Shown here one piece after another: positions 8,503 to 16,699 of a DNA stretch of 64,000 bases. The notes below the pieces were generated by a model. The model saw nothing but the letters and a program-made list of their open reading frames with translations. It was not told the origin of the DNA and did not search any database. The stretch is taken from NCBI GenBank assembly GCA_049997815.1, contig JBEKVQ010000002.1:10483-74482 (forward strand), given 5' to 3'. The translations under genes and the position numbers were made by a program. The number at the start of each line of letters is the position of its first letter. The stretch's first letter is position 1. This DNA is from Minisyncoccia bacterium. GTDB lineage: Bacteria; Patescibacteriota; Minisyncoccia; UBA6257; GWB1-50-10.

Positions 8503-11001
8503 ATGAACGATCTTTACTTCAAGGAACCGAAATTATCGCTTACCGCCGCCGGAGAATTTTTGGTGCGGCTCGTGACCTACTCCATTTATGCCCTGCTCGT
8601 CGCCTCGGTCGTCGTGCTCTTTCTTTCCGGTGCGGGCCCGCTCCAGTATCTTGCCCTTCTACTCTCGCTTTTCCTCATAGACCGGCTGCTTCACGTTAAC
8701 GATGGAGAGAGGAATCTTTCCGAGATTGGCGGCCGCAACAAAAATCTTTCCGAAGCGGTCGCGCCGGCCGCCTACCGCGCCCTAAGCCGGGCTTTTCGAA
8801 AGTCGTATATCGTCGGCCAGAATCTTCGCCTCCTCTTCTTGGTTGAATTGGCCGACAGAAAGGACGTCCGGGAGATATTGAAGCGGTTGGATGTGAAAGC
8901 GGATGAGTTTCAGAATAAGGCCCTGGAGTTTTTGGAAAGGGAGGGCAATGTTCCGAGTTCAAGCAAGACCGATAACCTGGCGGATGTCGCAAATCTGACC
9001 ATTGCGGCTTACGGAAGCGCCCTAAAGGCGAACGAGAGATTCATCGAGCCGAGAAATTTCCTTTCGGCGCTCGCCTCCACCGATGATCCGATCCTGAAAA
9101 CCTTCTTCAATCTTTTCAACCTGGAAGAAAAAGACATCCAAGCCGCGAGCGTTTTTGGCCGTTTTCGCCGTCTCTTCGGCCACCTCCGATTTTTGCCGGC
9201 GGTTCTCGGGGGGTTCGCTCAACAACCGAGATTCCTTCGGCATCGGGTGATGAACCGCGCCTGGACGGCCCGGCCAACCCCGACCTTGGACCAATTCAGC
9301 CGGGATCTCACCGATCTGGCGAGAGAAGAAAGGATAGGATTTTTGGTGGGACACGAGGATGAATTCAACGAACTGATCCAGGTTATCTCCCGTCCCGGCA
9401 AGCCCAATGTAATCCTGGTCGGCGAACCGGGAGCCGGCAAATCGTCCATCGTCGCTCATCTCGCCTTCCGAATGGTTAAAGACGAAGTCCCGCCGGTTCT
9501 TTTTGATAAGCGCTTGGTATCCCTGGAAATAAACCGGCTCGTCTCGAACGCCACGGGCGACGTTCTCTCCGGACGCCTTCAAAAAATAACCGAAGAAATT
9601 TTGAAAGCGGGGAACATCGTTCTTTTCATTCCCAATATGCACGACCTCTTCCGGACCGCCGAAGAGCAATCCTTAAATGCGATAGACATCATATTCCCCG
9701 TGGTGAAGGAAAACGCCATACCGGTCATAGGCGAAACCTATCCCAAGGAATTCAAAGAATTCATCGAACCGCGCTCGGATTTCATGGAACAGTTCGAGGT
9801 GGTGAACGTGAACGAGGTCTCGGAGGAAGATGCCGTGAAGTTTCTTACTTACGAGGGCCTGATACTGGAGCAGGAGTTCGGGGTGTTCATCACTTATCGC
9901 GCCATTCGGGAGGCGGTCGTTTTGGCTCACCGCTATCTTCGCACGAGGCCGCTGCCGGGAAGCGCCACCAATCTTTTGAAGATGGCCCTGACCGAGATGA
10001 AGGAAAACAAGGATAAGATCTTGAACGCCGATGACGTCGCCGCCGTGGCCGAGAAGCTCACTAAGATACCCATCCAAAAAGCCGGAAAACCGGAGGTCAA
10101 AAAATTACTGAATCTCGAGCAGGACATCCACGAGAAGTTCGTAGATCAAGACGTAGCGGTGCGTTCGGTTTCGCAGGCCCTTCGGGAATACCGGAGCGGA
10201 CTTACGCGGCAGGGCGGACCCATCGCCTCATTCCTCTTTGTCGGTCCCACGGGCGTCGGTAAAACGGAGTTGGCCAAAATTTTGGCCCAGATCCAGTTTG
10301 GTTCAAAGGATGCGATGGAGCGCTTCGATATGTCGGAGTACCAGGATAAGACCAGCGTCTTTCGGCTCATCGGCAATCCGGACGGTTCGAGAACCGGTTC
10401 CTTGACCGACGCGGTCATCGCGAAGCCGTTCTCTCTGGTATTGCTGGACGAGTTTGAAAAAGCCCATCCGGATATCCTGAATATCTTCCTTCAGGTTTTG
10501 GATGATGGGCGGCTTACCGACAGCCTGAATCGGACCGTGAACTTCGAGAATACCATTATTATTGCCACCTCGAACGCCCACTCCGAGTTCATAAAAGTGG
10601 AGACGGAAAAGGGACGGCCCGGCGAGGAAATAGCGGACGATCTCAAGAAGAAACTAACCGATTACTTCAAGCCGGAGCTTCTGAACCGCTTCTCGGATGT
10701 TATCGTCTTTCGGAATTTGAAGCCGGAAGAGATCGCCTCGGTGACGGTCTTTATGATGAAGGAGCTGGCGGGACTGCTCTCCGAAACCAACGGCATAGAA
10801 TTCTCCTGGGACGAGGCGGTTGTGGGCGAACTGGTCCGACTCGGCTACAGTCCGGTCTTCGGAGCGCGCCCGCTCCGGCAGACCATATCCGATGCGATTC
10901 GCAGCGTTCTTGCGGAAAAGATACTGAAGGAAGAGATAAAAAGAGGGGATAAGGTTCGCGCGGTTTTTGAAGGCGGAAAATTCGGGTTCAAGACCGGATA
11001 A
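8503..11001 (+). CDS. membrane-anchored Hsp100/Clp-family AAA+ ATPase (ClpC/ClpB-like paralogue; D1 Walker B degenerate)
   Basis: N-terminal two hydrophobic helices, then Clp_N-like repeats. D1 Walker A GEPGAGKS, but D1 Walker B reads FIPNMH instead of FIDE(L/I)H. D2 has [10 protein letters not shown] and LVLLDEFEKAH. No IGF/LGF ClpP-docking tripeptide seen. Confidence 0.75.
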   Translation: MNDLYFKEPKLSLTAAGEFLVRLVTYSIYALLVASVVVLFLSGAGPLQYLALLLSLFLIDRLLHVNDGERNLSEIGGRNKNLSEAVAPAAYRALSRAFRKSYIVGQNLRLLFLVELADRKDVREILKRLDVKADEFQNKALEFLEREGNVPSSSKTDNLADVANLTIAAYGSALKANERFIEPRNFLSALASTDDPILKTFFNLFNLEEKDIQAASVFGRFRRLFGHLRFLPAVLGGFAQQPRFLRHRVMNRAWTARPTPTLDQFSRDLTDLAREERIGFLVGHEDEFNELIQVISRPGKPNVILVGEPGAGKSSIVAHLAFRMVKDEVPPVLFDKRLVSLEINRLVSNATGDVLSGRLQKITEEILKAGNIVLFIPNMHDLFRTAEEQSLNAIDIIFPVVKENAIPVIGETYPKEFKEFIEPRSDFMEQFEVVNVNEVSEEDAVKFLTYEGLILEQEFGVFITYRAIREAVVLAHRYLRTRPLPGSATNLLKMALTEMKENKDKILNADDVAAVAEKLTKIPIQKAGKPEVKKLLNLEQDIHEKFVDQDVAVRSVSQALREYRSGLTRQGGPIASFLFVGPTGVGKTELAKILAQIQFGSKDAMERFDMSEYQDKTSVFRLIGNPDGSRTGSLTDAVIAKPFSLVLLDEFEKAHPDILNIFLQVLDDGRLTDSLNRTVNFENTIIIATSNAHSEFIKVETEKGRPGEEIADDLKKKLTDYFKPELLNRFSDVIVFRNLKPEEIASVTVFMMKELAGLLSETNGIEFSWDEAVVGELVRLGYSPVFGARPLRQTISDAIRSVLAEKILKEEIKRGDKVRAVFEGGKFGFKTG

Positions 11002-11019
11002 GAGCGCATAATTTTCAAA

Positions 11020-11691
11020 ATGAGATTCAGCGTCAATGTAAATTTTAATCTCAGGGACCTTAAGGTGAACCGGCTCATTCGGTTCTTTGTGATATCCGAC
11101 CTTTTCTTCTGGAGCGGGTGGGGACTCTTAACGCCCATCTTCGCCATCTTCATAATCGACCGCATCCCGGGGGCCTCGGTACTTACGGTCGGTATCGCCT
11201 CGGCCGTTTACTGGGTGGTCAAGGCGTTATTCCAGATGCCGGTAGCCCTCTATTTGGACAAGCATGAGGGGGAGCGGGATGATTTCCATGCGCTCGTCTC
11301 CGGCTTGATTTTGGGCGGAATAACGGCCTTCTCGTTCTTGCTTGTGGATAGCGCGGCCGGTTTGTACTTCGTCGTATTTCTCCAGGCCCTGGCTTTCGGT
11401 TTGTACACGCCGGCCTGGTCAGCGATTTTTTCCCGACATCTGGACAAGAAGAACTATGCCTTCGATTGGTCGCTCGACAACACCGTAATAGGCCTGGCCT
11501 TGGGCATAACCGCATTTCTCGGCGCCGCCCTGGCCGACGTCTTCGGCTTTGAGGCCATATTCGTCGTTACCGGAGTACTGTCCTTCATAAGCGCGCTGAT
11601 ACTCATCTTTGTTCCCGATCTGATACTGCCGGAAGTTAAGAGCGAGTCGGCGATAATCCAAGACCATAAACCGGCCAATATTGGAAAATGA
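11020..11691 (+). CDS. half-size MFS-like membrane transporter
   Basis: Six hydrophobic helices resembling a single MFS repeat; overlaps the next gene. Confidence 0.4.
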   Translation: MRFSVNVNFNLRDLKVNRLIRFFVISDLFFWSGWGLLTPIFAIFIIDRIPGASVLTVGIASAVYWVVKALFQMPVALYLDKHEGERDDFHALVSGLILGGITAFSFLLVDSAAGLYFVVFLQALAFGLYTPAWSAIFSRHLDKKNYAFDWSLDNTVIGLALGITAFLGAALADVFGFEAIFVVTGVLSFISALILIFVPDLILPEVKSESAIIQDHKPANIGK

Positions 11692-12173
11692 ATCCGTCAC
11701 CGAACAGGGAGATATCCGCGGGCGTCATAATCTACCGCCGTACGGGCGAGGGACCCAAGTTCCTGATACTTTACAACGGAGGCCCGTACTGGAACTTTCC
11801 GAAGGGAAAGCTGGCCGAAGGAGAACGGAGTTTCCGGGCGGCGCTTCGGGAGGTCTGGGAAGAGACCGGCTTGAGTTTCCGCGACCTCAAGTTTTCCGAA
11901 AGATTCAAGGTTGAAGACAACTTCGTTTATGTGAGGAACAAGCAAAAGATATACAAGACCGTCACTTACTATCTGGCCGAAACTGGGAATCCCTACGTCC
12001 GGCTGAAGATAAAGCCAGAGAGCGTTCCCGGGGAGAAGCATCAGGGCTATGGCTGGTTCCTGTACCGGGATGCCATGCGGATTTTGAAGGCCCCAAATCT
12101 GAGGAATAGTTTGAAAAAGGCCCACGACCTCGTCTCCAACAGGAAAAGTTTCCCGCCTAGCCAGAAAAAATAA
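11688..12173 (+). CDS. NUDIX hydrolase
   Basis: Nudix box GKLAEGERSFRAALREVWEETGL. Confidence 0.75.
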   Translation: MNPSPNREISAGVIIYRRTGEGPKFLILYNGGPYWNFPKGKLAEGERSFRAALREVWEETGLSFRDLKFSERFKVEDNFVYVRNKQKIYKTVTYYLAETGNPYVRLKIKPESVPGEKHQGYGWFLYRDAMRILKAPNLRNSLKKAHDLVSNRKSFPPSQKK

Positions 12174-12204
12174 AACCCCAAATCCTTGTTACTTGGATTT
12201 GGGG
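12160..12204 (-). terminator. rho-independent terminator (10-bp stem CCCCAAATCC/GGATTTGGGG followed by a U-run on the minus strand)
   Basis: Perfect inverted repeat 12176-12204. The minus-strand downstream sequence is UUUUAUUUUUUCUGG. Confidence 0.5.
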
Positions 12205-12373
12205 CACGGGACCACATCGGGATTCTCTTCGTCTCGCAAGTCGGCTGATCAGAAGACGAAACCTCCGATAATGGTTAATGATTGTTTCATGGTATACACT
12301 CCTTTCGAGCGAGTTTCCCCATGAAAGCGCGTGGTCATCGACTGACGGCCACATGAAGATCTTAGCAAACCCG

Positions 12374-12404
12374 GGTAAAGAAACAACCCCACGGAAAGGG
12401 GTTG
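12374..12404 (-). terminator. hairpin immediately 3' of rplT (9-bp stem AACAACCCC/GGGGTTGTT); weak or bidirectional terminator
   Basis: Inverted repeat directly after the rplT stop; followed by UUUCUUUACC on the minus strand and UUUUCAUUUC on the plus strand. Confidence 0.45.
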
Positions 12405-12408
12405 TTTT

Positions 12409-12753
12409 TCATTTCACGAAGTCAACGATTTTCTTAAAAATTTTCGGTTCGTTCTGGGCTAGGTCGGCGAGAATTTTTCTGTCCAACCCGACGTTCTTTT
12501 TCTTCAGGGCATTTATGAACTGGTTATAGTTCATTCCCTCTTGCCTGACGGCCGCATTTATCTGGACTTGCCAGAGCCGGCGGTAGTCGCGTTTCTTTTC
12601 TTTTCTTCCCTTGAACATGCGCGAGAGGCCGTGAAGCAACGCTTCCGAAGCCGCTCGTTCTTTGGATTTGCGGTCCCAGCGGTAGCCCTTCGTGAGCTTC
12701 AGTAATCTCTCTCTTTTTTTGTGGGAAGAAACTCCCCGTTTTACTCTCGGCAT
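12409..12753 (-). CDS. rplT: 50S ribosomal protein L20
   Basis: MPRVKRGVSSHKKRERLLKLTKGY... is a very characteristic L20 sequence. Confidence 0.95.
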   Translation of the reverse strand: MPRVKRGVSSHKKRERLLKLTKGYRWDRKSKERAASEALLHGLSRMFKGRKEKKRDYRRLWQVQINAAVRQEGMNYNQFINALKKKNVGLDRKILADLAQNEPKIFKKIVDFVK

Positions 12754-12759
12754 TCGTGT

Positions 12760-12930
12760 TTAAAAATAGGTTTTTACTTTTTTGACATGGATGTCCAAAT
12801 CGCGCTGAATCTTCTTGCGCTGCATCTGGATGGAATTCTTGTTGGCGCGGGAGTGGCCTAGGGTCGTGGCCCGATGCAGGATTTTTCCCGATTTCTTCAC
12901 TTTTATTCTCTTTGAGACGCTCTTGTGCAT
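12760..12930 (-). CDS. rpmI: 50S ribosomal protein L35
   Basis: Not in the ORF track (56 aa). Hand translation of the minus strand gives MHKSVSKRIKVKKSGKILHRATTLGHSRANKNSIQMQRKKIQRDLDIHVKKVKTYF. It lies between infC and rplT as in the canonical operon. Confidence 0.75.
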   Translation of the reverse strand: MHKSVSKRIKVKKSGKILHRATTLGHSRANKNSIQMQRKKIQRDLDIHVKKVKTYF

Positions 12931-12932
12931 TT

Positions 12933-13433
12933 TTATTTCTTCACTATCTGGGCCAGAAATCCCCGGCCGCCCTGTTTCGGTTCCATCGTTATCTCGTGCG
13001 AAACGGTAATCATATTAATGAACTCCCTCATTTTTTTCAAGGCCCACTCCTTGTTCGCCTTCTCGCGTCCCCGCAGGAACAAGCTGATGGTCACCTTATG
13101 CCCGTCGTTAAGGAAGTCCTCGGCCTTCCTGGCCTTTATCTGAAGGTCGTTCAGGGCCGAGCGGGGAGTTATCTGGACCTGCTTCAACTCCTTCTGTTTC
13201 TGGGCATTCCGCTGTTTTCTTTCCTCCTTTCCCTGCTGGTAGCGGAACTTGTCGAAACTCATTATTCGCGCGACCGGCGGCTGGGCCATGGGCGCGATTT
13301 CGATAAGGTCTAAGGACTTTTCTTTGGCTAAAGCCAAGGCATCTTCCCTTTTCATTACCCCCAGGTTATCTCCCGTTTCGCCGATAACCCTGAGCTCCTT
13401 GGCGATTATTTGATTGTTGATTCGGTTTTGTAT
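12933..13433 (-). CDS. infC: translation initiation factor IF-3 (probable non-AUG start, ATA/ATC as in many infC genes)
   Basis: NRINNQIIAKELRVIGETGDNLGV...DLIEIAPMAQPPVARIMSFDKFRYQ closely matches the IF-3 N-domain. Residues upstream of NRIN in the ORF track are unlikely to be real, and no in-frame ATG is appropriately placed. Confidence 0.85.
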   Translation of the reverse strand: MQNRINNQIIAKELRVIGETGDNLGVMKREDALALAKEKSLDLIEIAPMAQPPVARIMSFDKFRYQQGKEERKQRNAQKQKELKQVQITPRSALNDLQIKARKAEDFLNDGHKVTISLFLRGREKANKEWALKKMREFINMITVSHEITMEPKQGGRGFLAQIVKK

Positions 13434-13475
13434 GAAAAAATGATAACAGGTATGGTCCGGGAATTCAAACGCAAC

Positions 13476-13509
13476 AAAAAAGACCTCTTGTGCAAAGCAA
13501 CAAGAGGTC
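13476..13509 (-). promoter_or_regulatory. intrinsic-terminator-like hairpin in the infC 5' leader (candidate L20-responsive attenuator)
   Basis: On the minus strand: GACCUCUUG-UUGCUUUGCA-CAAGAGGUC followed by UUUUUU, 40-75 nt upstream of the infC start. Confidence 0.45.
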
Positions 13510-13716
13510 GATGTAAATAAACTTTCGATTGGCACTACCAATTTTATGCGAGACCTTTTTGGGGGTCAGGTTTACTCTGTATTTGCAGTGCCAAGGAGCT
13601 TACTTTAAGTATAGCACTCCTCCTAGGAATACAAGTGCCCGACTGTGGATAACTGAAATCCAGGCCAATAATCGCGGAAACAAGCGGGTAAAACAGCTAT
13701 TTGTTATATTTATATT

Positions 13717-14184
13717 ATGAGATGGAAACTGCCGCCGAAGATAAAAATATACGAAGCGCTGGGAACGCTCGGGGATGGGCGGCTCGAAATTTCCGGAAAT
13801 TCTGCGAAAGTTCGTTCATCGAGCGGAAATAAATTCTATTCGGTCGCCTACGACCCGAAGGCGAATGCCATCACTTCGAACGATAACAGCTCATACTGGG
13901 TTGGCTACTTGGGCTATCCGGCCATAGCATTCCTCTTATCTAAAGGGGTTATTGATTATAAACCAAAATTTGCCGAAGCACTCGGGGGAATTCCGTGGAA
14001 GGAAGTGAACACTAAATTCAAGAACGATTTTGAAAAGACGGAGGGGTACATTAAAGATGTTTTGAAGAAGAAAGACATAGATGTGGGAAGATTTTCCGAA
14101 GAGATAGAAAAGATTTATGGTGAAATTAAAAAGCTTAAGCTGAATAAACTAGGAATAACCCCAAAACCTCCGGCGGGATACTAA
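13717..14184 (+). CDS. hypothetical protein
   Basis: ORF with reasonable length and a Lys-rich C-terminus; no recognised motif. Confidence 0.35.
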   Translation: MRWKLPPKIKIYEALGTLGDGRLEISGNSAKVRSSSGNKFYSVAYDPKANAITSNDNSSYWVGYLGYPAIAFLLSKGVIDYKPKFAEALGGIPWKEVNTKFKNDFEKTEGYIKDVLKKKDIDVGRFSEEIEKIYGEIKKLKLNKLGITPKPPAGY

Positions 14185-14214
14185 AAACCTCGGCCATGAC
14201 CGTGTTTTTGGTTC

Positions 14215-14616
14215 CTATTCACTCGTTTTCCCGTTGAAATGGTCTCTATTTTCGTCCGCTTCCGCCTGGGCCTTAGTGATGTGAATGACGCCGTCTATGT
14301 GGTTCGGCGGGGAGTAGACCGTGTAGAGCTTCATTTTTCTGTCGGCCGAAGTGTTTATGACGTTATGCAGCGTGCCGGCCGGCACTACGATGGCCGAACC
14401 GTCCTCGATCACGTGTTCCACGCCATCCAGAACCGCCTTGCCCGTTCCCTCCTCGATTCTCAAAAATTGGTCTAGGCCATGCACCTCCGCGCCGATCTCC
14501 TCGCCGGGCTGAAGGGCCATCAGAACCAGCTGGCTGTAGCGGGCGGTGTAAATGACCTTTCTGAAATTTTCATTCTCCTTCGCCAGTTTCTCAATATTTT
14601 CTACGTATCCTTTCAT
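14215..14616 (-). CDS. cupin-domain protein
   Basis: G.E...H.H...E....EG motif pair (EIGAEVHGLDQFLRIEEGTG ... AIVVPAGTLHNV) typical of cupin_2 barrels. Confidence 0.65.
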   Translation of the reverse strand: MKGYVENIEKLAKENENFRKVIYTARYSQLVLMALQPGEEIGAEVHGLDQFLRIEEGTGKAVLDGVEHVIEDGSAIVVPAGTLHNVINTSADRKMKLYTVYSPPNHIDGVIHITKAQAEADENRDHFNGKTSE

Positions 14617-14846
14617 ATTTTTGCTTTGTTATCGGCCTTTAAAACATTATAGCCCAAAACATATTTAAACTCGATTCGTCGGCGACAAAACCGCCGATTA
14701 GGCGGCATTTTATTTTGTGGAAATGAGTACCTAAAAATGGAACTAGGGGAATATCTAATGAAACTGCCAAAATTAATCAATAAAGAATCTCTCTGGGTAA
14801 TAAAATAGCCAAGAACCTCACGGTCCCTGGCTAGTACTTGAAATCG

Positions 14847-16010
14847 CTAATATGTCCGGCTGAAAGCTCTTTTCTGTTTGCCGGACTTATGGGTATACCC
14901 GATTACGGTGAAGCGCTTCTTTGAAAATGGCGACCTCTTGATCTTGTACCCGAAAATATCGGAATTTTCGCAATGTACTAGGCCGATTACGCTGTCGTCG
15001 ACCGCCACTCCCTGTCTCGACTCGAAGTATCTTCTGTCCTGACCTTCCGGCGGAAGAATAATCTCTGCTGCTACGCGGCCATCTGGTAGGAACTTAACAT
15101 GTGTGACGGTATCGAACCTGTTTTCCCATAGCTTACCATCAACTGCGACGGTTTCAGTTCTAGAACCAAGTTTCTCGACAGAAACGGGGATTGCGACCCT
15201 GCCATTCTCATCAAACGCCATCCAGAATCCATCGACGGTAACGAAATCCGTTCCCCATGCCTTGCCATCAACAGCGATCGTCCATCGCGGCTTCAATCCT
15301 CGCTGCTGGATACTCAGACTTGTCGTGAGCGGAACCACGCATTTGCCGTTCGGGGTAAAATGCGGCTGGAATATTTGCTGATTGTTTATGTATGCGTGAT
15401 TAGCACACAGCATAAATGAGTCTGACGCACTGTCGCCGCTATAACGTTCCGGCACCAGGCAAGCCAATGAATCCCATGGTTTATCATCAGCGACAACCAC
15501 CACTTTTCTGTCTCGGATCACGGTGACTGCCAGTCTTCGGCTGTCTGGACTGAATTTGGGAGTTCTCCAATAAAACTCCTCATCGAATGAGGTTCCCCAC
15601 AATTCGTCGTTGACGGCGATCCTAAACTTGCCATTCTCCTTGACAACAGCAGCTAAGCGATTGCCATCGGGGCTTAGTGTAAGAATGTACACCTTGTCGA
15701 ACCAATGGCTCCATGGTCGGGCACCCTCCATAACAATCGTTTCTTTAATCATTCCATCGTTCTCGATCGCTCCATCATGCTCATCAAACTTCGCCTTAAT
15801 GACAGCGACCAATCTTCTTGTCAGTTGATTTGGACATATGCCGTAGTATTGTGCGTCTACCATTTGATATCTTACTCCCTCAAAAAGGTGGCCGCTGCAC
15901 ATATCCTCAAGACAAATTCCTCCTATGGCGATCGATCGATGCAATACCACCTCGGGATTAGATTTCCGGTAAAGATGGTAATCAACCGTATCCTGCCGTT
16001 TCGATTTCAC
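14847..16010 (-). CDS. WG-repeat-containing protein (in an AT-rich islet)
   Basis: Repeated AVDGKAWGT / AVNDELWGT / AVDGKLWEN units spaced about 40-60 aa apart. The gene and both flanks are visibly AT-rich. Confidence 0.55.
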   Translation of the reverse strand: MKSKRQDTVDYHLYRKSNPEVVLHRSIAIGGICLEDMCSGHLFEGVRYQMVDAQYYGICPNQLTRRLVAVIKAKFDEHDGAIENDGMIKETIVMEGARPWSHWFDKVYILTLSPDGNRLAAVVKENGKFRIAVNDELWGTSFDEEFYWRTPKFSPDSRRLAVTVIRDRKVVVVADDKPWDSLACLVPERYSGDSASDSFMLCANHAYINNQQIFQPHFTPNGKCVVPLTTSLSIQQRGLKPRWTIAVDGKAWGTDFVTVDGFWMAFDENGRVAIPVSVEKLGSRTETVAVDGKLWENRFDTVTHVKFLPDGRVAAEIILPPEGQDRRYFESRQGVAVDDSVIGLVHCENSDIFGYKIKRSPFSKKRFTVIGYTHKSGKQKRAFSRTY

Positions 16011-16198
16011 CTCAGCCTCCTATTGGTTTGTTAAACTAAGTGATTTATAAAATTCTTTTGGAATCAAAAATCACGGTTCCATTCTGTCTGCATTATACAA
16101 CTAAATATGTAAGATGTCAAATCATGTTCAACCCCCATTAATCAAGAAACTAACGCAAAACAACCCTTATTTATCAGGGTCAGACGCAGTTTTTAACC

Positions 16199-16327
16199 GT
16201 GGAGATGGCGAGAATTGGCCTCGCCTCTCGCTCTGCTCGGGCTGGCCACCGCCTCGCGTGCCTTCGGCACATGCTCCGGCGTTCAATTCCGCCCGCAAGA
16301 CAAGCAGTTGTCTTGCTCATCTCCCCA
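16199..16327 (-). repeat. ssrA-derived mini element: 19-bp direct copy of the tmRNA 3' end plus inverted/5'-like copy, bracketing about 95 bp with a perfect 9-bp hairpin
   Basis: gtggagatggcgagaattg occurs at 16199-16217 and again at the ssrA 3' end (16372-16390). catctcccca at 16318-16327 matches the reverse complement of the same acceptor strand (tmRNA 5'-end-like GGGGAGAUG on the minus strand). Internal hairpin GCAAGACAA-CUGC-UUGUCUUGC. Confidence 0.5.
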
Positions 16328-16372
16328 TGAAACCAAAATATCCATAGGCAAGCTATGGACATTTTGATTTGT

Positions 16373-16683
16373 GGAGATGGCGAGAATTGAACTCGCGTAC
16401 GGAACGATTCGGCAAACGTTTCTACAAGTTTATTCCCTCGGTTGCCCTTGGGACGGTTTTGCTTTCCTGTTTTAGCGAAGGATACGGAAAGCGGATCTCC
16501 TCCGCGAACTCACGATATGACACCGGTTGATCCCTAGTGAGTATCAGGGCCGATGCGGCATTACGCGAAGGCGAATGCCGGAGCTACCGTTTTGTTGGCA
16601 GTTATCTTAGAGGCCGTTTTAGTGAGCGGCCGCCTCAGCTTGCTGCGCCTGCGTCGTCTATCCCGTCGAAGCCGATCATCCCC
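16373..16683 (-). ncRNA. ssrA: tmRNA (ssrA), one-piece, about 311 nt, CCA not encoded
   Basis: Minus-strand 5' end GGGGAUGAUCGGCUUCGACGGGAUAGACG closely matches the tmRNA consensus (GGGGCUGAUUCUGGAUUCGACGGGAU in E. coli). 3' end GCGAG-UUCAAUU-CUCGC-CAUCUCC-A has a T-arm and an acceptor strand pairing with G3.U70. Internal reading frame GCC AAC AAA ACG GUA GCU CCG GCA UUC GCC UUC GCG UAA gives tag (A)NKTVAPAFAFA. Lies immediately downstream of smpB. Confidence 0.85.
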
Positions 16684-16699
16684 ATATTTTGTTTTTAAC

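Noticed and set aside
12157-12354. 65-aa minus-strand ORF between the two rplT-downstream terminators
   Set aside because: It has no ribosome-binding site, an Arg-rich low-complexity translation, and lies in a region that is more likely 3' UTR or sRNA.
16199-16327. A second complete tRNA or tmRNA gene
   Set aside because: Only the acceptor stem and T-arm can be folded. No D-arm or anticodon arm and no tag reading frame were found. It is treated as a tRNA-like element or remnant.
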